From Antechinus flavipes (taxonomy: Eukaryota): 64,000 nucleotides of DNA. The first letter of the stretch is position 1, and each line of letters starts with the position of its first letter. The DNA lies in the NCBI RefSeq assembly GCF_016432865.1, contig NC_067403.1, forward strand, positions 242,854,001-242,918,000, read 5' to 3'. Shown here piece after piece: positions 39,447 to 51,165 of this stretch. The notes under the pieces are model-generated. The model did no database searches. It saw only the letters and a program-made list of their open reading frames with translations, and had not been told where the DNA came from. A program made the position numbers and the translations under genes.

Positions 39447-41074
39447 GTGTGTGTGTGTGCATCTATATCCATCTGTCTATACATTTATATCTATCTATAT
39501 ATTATGGGAAAATAGGTTATTTAGAATACCAAAGGTAAATTATAACCTCAAGCAGAAAGCACAAAAAAACCTAATTGCCACACTGCATCATGCTTATTAT
39601 GAGTTAAATATATATTGCATCTTTATTAATATTTGTCCCTATCTCAATTTCTTCCATCCTATTTATCATCCATTTATCTATCCATCCATCCATCTATCCA
39701 TCTATCCATCTATCTATCATCTCTTATCTGTCTATTGGGACTTGAAGTAATGAACAGAGTGACTCTTACTGTCAGAAAGAACTTAGTCCAAGTTCTATTT
39801 CTGACACATACTGGTTGGTCGAGATGCTATATGTCACTTAACTTCTCCCTCCTGTTCCCAGACAACATCCAAACAATTTAATTTGCAAAATAACTTTTAG
39901 TCTACATTACTAGAGGGAGTTTCTGTGCCAGACATGAACTTGGTATAGGGGAGTTTCATAAACCAAGGAAGACACAAGTCCATATATAAATATAGACTAT
40001 ACTCAAACAACAACAACACTAACAACACCAATATTCACACACACCACACACATTTGTTTTATTTTAATTTATATGATATTTTAAATTTTGCAAATACTTG
40101 TACTGGATACTGGATCTCAGGCCACAGATATGATCACATTTCCCTACTCAACCAACTCTGCTTAGATACCTATTGACTTAAGGATAAAATATAGATCTTA
40201 TTAAGGATAAGATATAGATCCAAAAGTAGATTTATTTAGGGAGAAAGGGTACAGATAAAATGAATGGATACCCAGGAATGGTAAATATGAAATAGAATTG
40301 GGAGAACATATAGTCAGTGTTAGCCAGATAAAGAAGAAAGACATCATTAGAAAGAAGGCACCATGAAGAGGGAGAAAGAAATCTCATAGTGGACTTTGTC
40401 TTGAAAAGAACTTAGCTGGCCTCAAACTATCTTTCATTCTTTGTTATACTCTATTCCCTTTTATTACTTGTCTGGGCTAACTAAAATGATACTATTTCTT
40501 TCTTATGCCATTTTGTTTCCTGAATTCTTGCCTTTTATTGGCTATCCCTCATGTCTAAAATGTAAACTCTTTATCCAACCTTTTAGAATCTTAATTCCCT
40601 TCAGTGATCCTTTTGGATTCTACCTTTTACAGATGTTTCTACTGCCCCCTTTCCTCCTCCCCCAATAGTGACCTTTCCCAATTATATGGATGAATAGACA
40701 GATAACAGATAAATATAGTTATATGTCTACATTTTCTCTTTTCTTATATAATGGACTATGAGATCAGAGGCTATTTTAATAACAAGAAACATATAAAGAT
40801 ACTTAATAAAAGCTTATTAATTAATCATTTGGTTGTTATTTCAATTTTATAATAACCCCATAATGTAAATATTATAAACATTGTTTATTCCATCCAAAAA
40901 AAATGAGTAAAAAATCCCTGAGTGGCTAATTCCTCATGGTAGTAAACCATTAGTATATAAGCAAATTGCAAACTAATTATGAACAAAGACATTTGACCTC
41001 AGTTCTTCTTAAAAACCAAACTGGCACCCTATCTATTATGCGAGATATTCTTTATGTATAAATAGGCACAACAT

Positions 41075-41275
41075 CACAAATTTTCATAATTGGAAGGGAC
41101 CTCAGAAAGCATCTAGTCCAACCTGTGATTTTAGAAGAATCCTTCTAACATCACTGGCATTTTTTCCTCCATCCTCCATTTGTATAACCCTACTGAAGAG
41201 GGAGCCTGCTATCTCTAGTGGCAGCTCATTTACACATGCGAATTGTTTTCATTGCTAGGAGGTTTTTGCTTATGG
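41075..41275 (-). mobile_element. CR1/L3-like 3' fragment (duplicated at about 44969-45169)
   Basis: ttggaagggacctcaga...atctagtccaacc...gagggagcctgcta...ggcagctcattt...ctaggaggttttt follows the reverse CR1 3' end. Confidence 0.5.
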
Positions 41276-41942
41276 TCCCTTTGTAACAAACCATATTTCA
41301 CACTCTCACATGTTATTCAGGGACCTGCTTTGAACAATAAATCGATATTCCCTCCCCTCTCTTTTGGATCTAATTCTGTTGTTGCTTTCATAATTTTTTC
41401 AAGAGTGGAGAGTGATTTTTTTCAAAGCCATTTCTCTTTGAAACAAACATATATTCTTTCATGAATAAGACCTAGTACTAAAACTAGTATTTAACTACCA
41501 TTAAAATGAGGAATAGGTGAGCATGTTTGTAGGATAAAAAAAGCCTTTAATGTTTGGACAAAGTTATAATTTACTTATGATTACCTGAAGACTTAATGTG
41601 TCTAATAACCATCCCATTTCAAATGTCCCTTTATCCTTTTTGTCATATAACAATATAAGATCCCTGAGGGTATAGGCCTTCTTCATTGCTTGGGTTCTTA
41701 TCCCCAAGTGTTAGCACAGACCTGACATATATTAAAAATTGAATTATTTATCTATCCATCTATTTATCTATCGGCCTTTCACTTGCCATTTTCTACTGAA
41801 TATCATCTATATTTGCCTATCTCTTCTCTTCTCTTCTCTCTCAGACACAGACACAGACACACACACACACACAACTACTCTCAGTCGCTGTGTCTCTGTC
41901 TGTCTATCTGTCTCTCACTCTGTCTCTCCTGCCCCTTTCTCC

Positions 41943-42100
41943 TGGAAACTATTCAGGTCCTTGAAACTTAGTTTCTCTTGGAAACTATTCAGGTTCTTGA
42001 AACTTAGTTTCTCTTGGAAACTATTCAGGTCCTTCAAACTTAGTTTCTCTTGGAAACTATTCAGGTGTTTGAAACAGTTTCTCTTGGAAAATATTTAAGT
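41943..42100. repeat. 36-bp minisatellite, 4 units plus a partial unit
   Basis: Unit tggaaactattcaggtccttgaaacttagtttctct with minor variants. Confidence 0.95.
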
Positions 42101-42515
42101 CCTTCCTCACCTTTGAAACAGTTTTCATATATTTTTTAATCTGTATCTCTTCTCCAATGTACTAATCTCACTGGAGAATTTAAATGATGGGGAAGGTCAG
42201 ACTCCAATTATATTCATATAATAAAGAATCAATGGTGGCAATAGATATTAGGTGTGGTGAAGAAAAAAGAATAAGATGTTCCAATGAGTTATGTTAAGGC
42301 TTATTGGATAATAAAATATTCTAGTTGTTGTTATGGACAGAATATGCAATAAAAAAATCTGAATTTGTCAATTGTGAGCTATATGATCTTGGTTTCTCCA
42401 TATAGGCATAGAGTGGAAAAAAAGTGTGTTGACAAAACTTGGACTCATTAGGAGGCATCTATATTCAGAACCACCTGACATTTGCCTCTGAATTCTGCAT
42501 TAGTATAAAAGTGAC

Positions 42516-43445
42516 ATGGAAAACAGGAACAATGTGACTGAATTCATCCTATTGGGTCTTATAAAAAATCCTGAGATGCAGAGAATATTATTTTTAATCA
42601 TTTTAATGACCTATATCATTACTGTGATGGGTAATGTTCTCATTGTGATCACCATAACCTCTAGTCAGACTCTGAATTCTCCAATGTATTTCTTCCTTTC
42701 TTTCTTATCCTTAATTGATGCCTGCTATTCATCTTCAATTGTCCCCAAAATGCTTGCAGATCTACTATGTGAGAAGAAAACAATTTCTTTCAATGGGTGT
42801 ATGACACAAGTATTTATTGAACATGTTTTGGGTGCCTCTGAGATTGTCCTCCTCATTGTAATGGCCTTTGACCGATATGTGGCTATCTGCAAACCCTTGC
42901 ATTATACTACTATAATGAATCATCAATTATGTTGTATCTTGGTGGGCTTGGCTTGGATAGTTGGCTTCCTACATTCAACAGGCCAAATCCTCATCACATT
43001 GTGGCTCCCCTTCTGTGGACCTAATGTCATAGATCACTTTTTATGTGACATCATACCTGTGATCCAACTTGCTTGCACAGATACCTTCATTGTTGGTCTC
43101 CTGATTGCTGCAAATGGAGGGTTAATTTCCATGATTAGCTTTGTTATGTTGATGTGTTCTTATGTTATCATCCTGCACTCCCTAAAAAGTTACAGTTCTT
43201 CAGGGAGACGCAAAGCTCTCTCTACTTGTAGTTCTCACATCACCGTTGTCATCTTATTTTTTGTTCCATGCATTTTCATGTATCTTCGACCAGTGACCAC
43301 TTTTCCAATGGATAAAGCTGTGACTATATTTTTCACTCTTATCACCCCCATGCTAAACCCATTTATCTACACAGTGAGGAATGCAGAAGTTAAAAATGCC
43401 ATGAGAAAGTTGTGGAGCAGAAAAGTTGTTTCAGATTACAAATGA
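42516..43445 (+). CDS. Olfactory receptor, family 4 (OR4C-like), 309 aa, intact
   Basis: Complete ORF with OR motifs ([36 protein letters not shown]). Candidate acceptor ends at 42405. Confidence 0.95.
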   Translation: MENRNNVTEFILLGLIKNPEMQRILFLIILMTYIITVMGNVLIVITITSSQTLNSPMYFFLSFLSLIDACYSSSIVPKMLADLLCEKKTISFNGCMTQVFIEHVLGASEIVLLIVMAFDRYVAICKPLHYTTIMNHQLCCILVGLAWIVGFLHSTGQILITLWLPFCGPNVIDHFLCDIIPVIQLACTDTFIVGLLIAANGGLISMISFVMLMCSYVIILHSLKSYSSSGRRKALSTCSSHITVVILFFVPCIFMYLRPVTTFPMDKAVTIFFTLITPMLNPFIYTVRNAEVKNAMRKLWSRKVVSDYK

Positions 43446-45741
43446 CAAATGACCAGTAAACTTGGATTATCCCTAAACTAAGACGTGTGCATAAAGGCTG
43501 GTGGATCAGATGATAACGAAGAAATAAGATGCACAAAGGATCAGTACAGAAGGACAGACCAGACCAGACAGTGACTGGATAGACCCAAGGGCAAATTCTA
43601 AGGAGTTCAATATACAGTTGGGCATTCATAGATTTTTTTTTTTAATAAAATTAGTATGTGACAAAGGTGTGGTCTATATGCTTCATGAAACTCTTTAGAT
43701 TCACATTCATTGTATAACTGGTGTAAATTAATAAATTTCTACTACAAGAGCCTTCAGATGTGTTTATGTACCTAGATAGATTTCCCAGGGCTGCAACATT
43801 TTTAAGCCAGGGAGAACATACAGAGGTTATCAAGAAAGTTTCAAATACTTTATTTCTCATAGTGCATTGGTACCAAGAAATGTGCTCAATAGAAGAAAAA
43901 AAATGTATTTTCAGAAAGTACATAAAAGTTCTAGAATGCTATGAAGACTCCATTTGATGTAGACCATTTTACAAGAAGGATATTAAAAATCAGATGGTTG
44001 TCAGAGTTTGGATAACTCAAATGAAGAAACAGAAGAGAAGAAAAAGAATAAAATCAAGAGTTTGCAAACTAGAGAGATGAAGCCATTGATTTTGATGAGA
44101 ATGCAAGAGGGAGGAGAATTAATTTCAAGGTACTGTATACATTTCTACAAAACCAGTAGTCATGGGAGAATCCTGATTTCAAAATTAAGACAAGAGGCTT
44201 TTCATTTGCCAAGTTTCCAACTTGACAAATGAAATTTGCTAACCAGAGTTTCACCATATCACAAATTTGATAGTTGGAGGGGATCTCAGCAGCTTTCACA
44301 TTCCATATATTAGCTCAGAAATTCTAAAATTATAACCCATCCCAAATCTGAGAAAGTGTAGTAAATTGAATTCATTTCTCTAATTTGTTCAGATCTTACT
44401 TTTACTATTTGATTCCTGTTCCCATTCTTTGTATTGCTACATGTCTTAATTAAATACTTTTGTTGTTGAATCGAAGTGTCTTTGTATTGTACAGTGATGG
44501 AAAATGGATGAGATAGGAATGTGCATCAAATACATCAAAGAGATCTAAAATGTATGAAGGGTTCTTGGGTCACATAAGACCATTGTCACAAGAAGTTGAA
44601 GGATTTGTATAAATTTTTAGGGAAATGACCACAGAGAGGGATAAATAAGGAATTCATTATTTTAAAGGAATTTTTCCCCCCCAAAAGATATGTCTTCTCT
44701 AGGACATTCCTCTAAGCATTTTTACAGTTAACGTAAATTTTAATGGAGTGGAATTGAATGAAAGGATATGATATCGATGTATTTTATCCTAAATAAATGA
44801 GTAAAAAATCCCTGAGTGGCTAATTCCTCATGGTAGTAAACCATTAGTATATAAGCAAATTGCAAACTAATTATGAACAAAGACATTTGACCTCAGTTCT
44901 TCTTAAAAACCAAACTGGCACCCTATCTATTATGCGAGATATTCTTTATGTATAAATAGGCACAACATCACAAATTTTCATAATTGGAAGGGACCTCAGA
45001 AAGCATCTAGTCCAACCTGTGATTTTAGAAGAATCCTTCTAACATCACTGGCATTTTTTCCTCCATCCTCCATTTGTATAACCCTACTGAAGAGGGAGCC
45101 TGCTATCTCTAGTGGCAGCTCATTTACACATGCGAATTGTTTTCATTGCTAGGAGGTTTTTGCTTATGGTCCCTTTGTAACAAACCATATTTCACATTCT
45201 CACATGTTATTCAGGGACCTGCTTTGAACAATAAATCGATATTCCCTCCCCTCTCTTTTGGATCTAATTCTGTTGTTGCTTTCATAATTTTTTCAAGAGT
45301 GGAGTGATTTTTTTCAAAGCCATTTCTCTTTGAAACAAACATATATTCTTTCATGAATAAGACCTAGTACTAAAACTAGTATTTAACTACCATTAAAATG
45401 AGGAATAGGTGAGCATGTTTGTAGGATAAAAAAAGCCTTTAATGTTTGGACAAAGTTATAATTTACTTATGATTACCTGAAGACTTAATGTGTCTAATAA
45501 CCATCCCATTTCAAATGTCCCTTTATCCTTTTTGTCATATAACAATATAAGATCCCTGAGGGTATAGGCCTTCTTCATTGCTTGGGTTCTTATCCCCAAG
45601 TGTTAGCACAGACCTGACATATATTAAAAATTGAATTATTTATCTATCCATCTATTTATCTATCAGCCTTTCACTTGCCATTTTCTACTGAATATCATCT
45701 ATATTTGCCTATCTCTTCTCTTCTCTTCTCTCTCAGACACA

Positions 45742-45776
<35 letters not shown>

Positions 45777-45844
45777 CTACTCTCAGTCGCTGTGTCTCTG
45801 TCTGTCTATCTGTCTCTCACTCTGTCTCTCCTGCCCCTTTCTCC

Positions 45845-46110
45845 TGGAAACTATTCAGGTCCTTGAAACTTAGTTTCTCTTGGAAACTATTCAGGTTCTT
45901 GAAACTTAGTTTCTCTTGGAAACTATTCAGGTTCTTGAAACTTAGTTTCTCTTGGAAACTATTCAGGTCCTTCAAACTTAGTTTCTCTTGGAAACTATTC
46001 AGGTGCTTGAAACTTAGTTTCCCTTGGAAAGTATTCAGGTGCTTGAAACTTAGCTTCCCTTGAAAACTATTCAGGTGTTTGAAACAGTTTCTCTTGGAAA
46101 GTATTTAAGT
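45845..46110. repeat. 36-bp minisatellite, 7 units plus a partial unit
   Basis: Same unit as at 41943 with three extra, more variant units. Confidence 0.95.
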
Positions 46111-46527
46111 CCTTCCTCACCTTTGAAACAGTTTTCATATATTTTTTAATCTGTATCTCTTCTCCAATGTACTAATCTCACTGGAGAATTTAAATGATGG
46201 GGAAGGTCGGACTCCAATTATATTCATATAATAAAGAATCAATGGTGGCAATAGATATTAGGTGTGGTGAAGAAAAAAAGAATAAGATGTTCCAATGAGT
46301 TATGTTAAGTCTTATTGGATAATAAAATATTCTAGTTGTTGTTATGGACAGAATATGCAATAAAAAAAATCTGAATTTGTCAATTGTGAGCTATATGATC
46401 TTGGTTTCTCCATATAGGCATAGAGTGGAAAAAAAGTGTGTTGACAAAACTTGGACTCATTAGGAGGCATCTATATTCAGAACCACCTGACATTTGCCTC
46501 TGAATTCTGCATTAGTATAAAAGTGAC

Positions 46528-47457
46528 ATGGAAAACAGGAACAATGTGACTGAATTCATCCTATTGGGTCTTATAAAAAATCCTGAGATGCAGAGAATAT
46601 TATTTTTAATCATTTTAATGACCTATATCATTACTGTGATGGGTAATGTTCTCATTGTGATCACCATAACCTCTAGTCAGACTCTGAATTCTCCAATGTA
46701 TTTCTTCCTTTCTTTCTTATCCTTAATTGATGCCTGCTATTCATCTTCAATTGTCCCCAAAATGCTTGCAGATCTACTATGTGAGAAGAAAACAATTTCT
46801 TTCAATGGGTGTATGACACAAGTATTTATTGAACATGTTTTGGGTGCCTCTGAGATTGTCCTCCTCATTGTAATGGCCTTTGACCGATATGTGGCTATCT
46901 GCAAACCCTTGCATTATACTACTATAATGAATCATCAATTATGTTGTATCTTGGTGGGCTTGGCTTGGATAGTTGGCTTCCTACATTCAACAGGACAAAT
47001 CCTCATCACATTGTGGCTCCCCTTCTGTGGACCTAATGTCATAGATCACTTTTTATGTGACATCATACCTGTGATCCAACTTGCTTGCACAGATACCTTC
47101 ATTGTTGGTCTCCTGATTGCTGCAAATGGAGGGTTAATTTCCATGATTAGCTTTGTTATGTTGATGTGTTCTTATGTTATCATCCTGCACTCCCTAAAAA
47201 GTTACAGTTCTTCAGGGAGACGCAAAGCTCTCTCTACTTGTAGTTCTCACATCACCGTTGTCATCTTATTTTTTGTTCCATGCATTTTCATGTATCTTCG
47301 ACCAGTGACCACTTTTCCAATGGATAAAGCTGTGACTATATTTTTCACTCTTATCACCCCCATGCTAAACCCATTTATCTACACAGTGAGGAATGCAGAA
47401 GTTAAAAATGCCATGAGAAAGTTGTGGAGCAGAAAAGTTGTTTCAGATTACAAATGA
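46528..47457 (+). CDS. Olfactory receptor, family 4 (OR4C-like), 309 aa, protein identical to 42516-43445
   Basis: Identical translation; one synonymous difference seen (GGC vs GGA, Gly). Confidence 0.93.
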   Translation: MENRNNVTEFILLGLIKNPEMQRILFLIILMTYIITVMGNVLIVITITSSQTLNSPMYFFLSFLSLIDACYSSSIVPKMLADLLCEKKTISFNGCMTQVFIEHVLGASEIVLLIVMAFDRYVAICKPLHYTTIMNHQLCCILVGLAWIVGFLHSTGQILITLWLPFCGPNVIDHFLCDIIPVIQLACTDTFIVGLLIAANGGLISMISFVMLMCSYVIILHSLKSYSSSGRRKALSTCSSHITVVILFFVPCIFMYLRPVTTFPMDKAVTIFFTLITPMLNPFIYTVRNAEVKNAMRKLWSRKVVSDYK

Positions 47458-49936
47458 CAAATGACCAGTAAACTTGGATTATCCCTAAACTAAGACGTGT
47501 GCATAAAGGCTGGTGGATCAGATGATAAAGAAGAAATAAGATGCACAAAGGATCAGTACAGAAGGACAGACCAGACCAGACAGTGACTGGATAGACCCAA
47601 GGGCAAATTCTAAGGAGTTCAATATACAGTTGGGCATTCATAGATTTTTTTTTTTTATAAAATTAGTATGTGACAAAGGTGTGGTCTATATGCTTCATGA
47701 AACTCTTTAGATTCACATTCATTGTATAACTGGTGTAAATTAATAAATTTCTACTACAAGAGCCTTCAGATGTGTTTATGTACCTAGATAGATTTTCCAG
47801 GGCTGCAACATTTTTAAGCCAGGGAGAACATACAGAGGTTATCAAGAAAGTTTCAAATACTTTATTTCTCATAGTGCATTGGTACCAAGAAATGTGCTCA
47901 ATAGAAGAAAAAAAATGTATTTTCAGAAAGTACATAAAAGTTCTAGAATGCTATGAAGACTCCATTTGATGTAGACCATTTTACAAGAAAGATATTAAAA
48001 ATCAGATGGTTGTCAGAGTTTGGATAACTCAAATGAAGAAACAGAAGAGAAGAAAAAGAATAAAAACAAGAGTTTGCAAACTAGAGAGATGAAGCCATTG
48101 ATTTTGATGAGAATGCAAGAGGGAGGAGAATTAATTTCAAGGTACTGTATACATTTCTACAAAATCAGTAGTCATGGGAGAATCCCGATTTCAAAATTAA
48201 GACAAGAGTCTTTTCATTTGCCAAGTTTCCAACTTCAAATGAAATTTGCTAACCAAAGTTTCACCATATCACAAATTTGATAGTTGGAGGGGATCTCAGC
48301 AGCTTTCACCTTCCATATATTAGCTCAGAAATTCTAAAATTATAACCCATCCCAAATCTGAGAAAGTGTAGTAAATTGAATTCATTTCTCTAATTTGTTC
48401 AGATCTTACTTTTACTATTTGATTCCTGTTCCCATTCTTTGTATTGCTACACGTCTTAATTAAATACTTTTGTTGTTGAATCGAAGTGTCTTTGTATTGT
48501 ACAGTGATGGAAAATGGATGAGATAGGAATGTGCATCAAATACATCAAAGAGATCTAAAATGTATGAAGGGTTCTTGGGTCACATAAGACCATTGTCACA
48601 AGAAGTTGAAGGATTTGTATAAATTTTTAGGGAAATGACCACAGAGAGGGATAAATAAGGAATTCATTATTTTAAAGGAATTTTTCCCCCCCAAAAGATA
48701 TGTCTTCTCTAGGACATTCCTCTAAGCATTTTTACAGTTAATGTAAATTTTAATGGAGTGGAATTGAATGAAAGGATATGATATCGATGTATTTTATCCT
48801 AAATATGATGATGAAAATAACATTTCATTTCTTTTCTTTGATTTCCAGGTATATGGAAAGAAATAAACAAGTTATCAGATTCCATTTGCTGCACATGGTT
48901 ATGAAATGTTTTTTTTTATGTGCTAGTACATGCTTTTTATTAACATATCTTAAGTATTTTATTTGAGTTTTTCTCAATTTAAATCCCTTAGAGATACTAC
49001 ATGTTTATTCTGATGAAGGTAACATGCTTAAAAACATTTCTAGTGTTCTTTTCTAAGTTAATGAAACATCTTTCTATTTTTTTTAATATTTTGAATATTT
49101 TTAACCCTTTGAGATTGAATTTGACCTTTAGAATTAACCAATTTTAATTCAGGACCAGTTCTAATAGATATGACAAGACTGAATTGGGAGTCATGTTATA
49201 ATGAGAGCAAAAAAAAATATGATTCTTAAAATAAATAAACTAGATGCATACTAAAAGAAGATCTACAATAATATTATCTGACATTATCAAGTGAAAGAAG
49301 GGTAATTTGGGGGCAATGAATTAAAAATTGTCCCTCCAAAAAAATCAAAAAGAAATTCAGAAGTATTCTGAGAAACATTCTTATATCAAGGAAATATTAG
49401 AATGACTTATAAAGGTGAATTTTATTATTTTCTTTATTTAATTTTAAACATAAAGCTGTTTTCAAAAATTATGGATAAATACTTAAAAAGAATATGGGGT
49501 GTATTTCCAAATAAAAACACATATACTTGGACTACTTTATATATTTCAAAATATGTACTTTCAATTTGAGATTACAAATCTATAGCAATCATTTAGAAAT
49601 TATACTACGAGATTCAGAACAAGAAGGAAGCTTATAGATCATTCAGTACAATCTTTTCATTTTGCAGAGTAGCCAGCTTTGTTCCAAATATATCCAAGGT
49701 TTCAAGCTAGTAAGTAAGGGATCTGGGAGTGAAACTCAATTAAACTCTTATACCACCATGTCATCCAAAGGTTCCTTCCCTACTCTTAGTTTCTAGGGAT
49801 TCCTTATCCTGAAATGTGTGAACAGCTCTACATATTTGTTTATATGTATATTTTATGTAGAAATATAAACATGTGTGTGTCTATGTATATAATGTAACTT
49901 GAGCAAGAAGATTTGGGGAAATAGATTAACTCCCTG

Positions 49937-50577
49937 AATATATTTATAAGAAAGATCTCATTATGATCATGTTATAAAAGATTCTTAACTGGTGATTATC
50001 CTTTCATTTGCATACAATTTGGTAAAAAAAAAAAAAAAAGATAATTATTTTGTTGTTGTTATGAGGATTAGCACATAATAGAATTATGACCTGTTTTTGT
50101 TAAATAATAGAGAAAATCAATAATTAATACTTAAAGGTACAATTTCTCATTACAGCTATGACACTATACTCATTAATAAGGACCTACTATGTGGCTTTTT
50201 CCTTCTCATTTTGAGGTCATTTTATATTCTGCTCTATATATTCATTTTCTTTAAGTTTTAAAATTTATTATCATTTAGCTCTGATTAGCATCTCATGTTA
50301 ATTTTATAGCTTTGGGTTAATTTTACTATGATCTAGTCCTTTTCATTTTCAATGTTGGTAATATTAGTTTCTGTTCCTTAATTTTTTTTTTTTTACCAAA
50401 TTATTTATTTGTTAATTTTACTTCCCAGTCTGGATTGCTTTGCTACCTCTTCTCTGTCTCTTAGAATTCTAGATTGCTTATGTCACTTTTAAAAAGACTA
50501 TATTCCATAGCTCTATATCCATCTCTCCTACAAAACAAGTATCAAAACAATTTCCTAAATCATGAATACCCATACAC
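49937..50577. repeat. Host segment A, the 5' flank of the ERV (duplicated at 54280-54916)
   Basis: 641 vs 637 bp; 5 substitutions and two homopolymer length differences. Confidence 0.95.
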
Positions 50578-50983
50578 TGTTGGAATCTTTACTAACTGCT
50601 AACTAATTAGAGTTGATCTAATCTTACAAGAAGATGTTTTGGGCAGAACCTGAAACAAGGTACTAAGTAGAACTACCCATAATCCCTCTCTCTGGAAGGA
50701 GCATAAATAGGCCAATGGGCCAGTCGGAGAGGGCTTGGGAGAGTGAAGACGCTACAAGTCGAGATTTCAGCGGAATGACATGAAGAGTTGGAGCTGGCTG
50801 GAGGCTGAAGAAAGCAGAGGCAGAGGCTGAAGGACCAGACCTTTGGATTTAGTGACATTCGGAGAGAGCTCTTGGAACCAAGCAGAGAGATAGGCCTCTA
50901 AGCTAACCGGGCTATATTGGGATAATAAAAGATCTGAACTTTTATCACCTGGCTGCGTTTTTGAGAAGAAAAAGATCACAACA
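50578..50983 (+). mobile_element. 5' LTR (406 bp)
   Basis: TGTTG...CAACA terminal inverted repeat, TATA-like CATAAATA at 50702, AATAAA at 50924-50929, followed directly by the PBS. Confidence 0.95.
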
Positions 50984-50986
50984 TTT

Positions 50987-51006
50987 TGGCGCCCTGAACG
51001 TGGGAC
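50987..51006 (+). promoter_or_regulatory. Primer binding site, tRNA-Lys type (imperfect)
   Basis: TGGCGCCCTGAACGTGGGAC, 3 nt after the LTR end. Compare Lys1,2 TGGCGCCCAACGTGGGGC and Lys3 TGGCGCCCGAACAGGGAC. Confidence 0.9.
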
Positions 51007-51028
51007 AAACAGAACCCTCAGTGGATTT

Positions 51029-51093
51029 CAGTGGAAAAGCTCCGATCCTGATTCAAGTGGAAAAGCCTCTGATCCTGATCCAGTGGAAAAGAC
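51029..51093 (+). repeat. Three short direct repeats in the ERV leader
   Basis: cagtggaaaagctccgatcctgat / caagtggaaaagcctctgatcctgat / cagtggaaaaga. Confidence 0.85.
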
Positions 51094-51108
51094 TTCAACC
51101 CAGAAATT

Positions 51109-51117
51109 AGGGTGAGT
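51109..51117 (+). promoter_or_regulatory. Putative major splice donor
   Basis: AGG|GTGAGT consensus 5' splice site between PBS and gag ATG, the usual retroviral position. Confidence 0.65.
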
Positions 51118-51165
51118 GCAACAAAGAAATTTTGTTAGAAGAGTTAAAGTAGAATTTCAGCTAAG

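Larger units (their letters stand above)
40901..44794. repeat. 4-kb tandem duplication, copy 1
   Basis: Starts aaatgagtaaaaaatccctgag. About 18 substitutions plus a few indels versus copy 2 (about 0.5%). No gap at the junction. Confidence 0.97.
44795..48805. repeat. 4-kb tandem duplication, copy 2
   Basis: Junction reads tatcctaaata|aatgagtaaaaaatcc. The end of copy 2 continues tatcctaaatatgatg. Confidence 0.97.

Noticed and set aside
41943-46110. 36-bp GAAAC-containing repeats resembling CRISPR direct repeats
   Set aside because: No unique spacers; this is an ordinary head-to-tail minisatellite.
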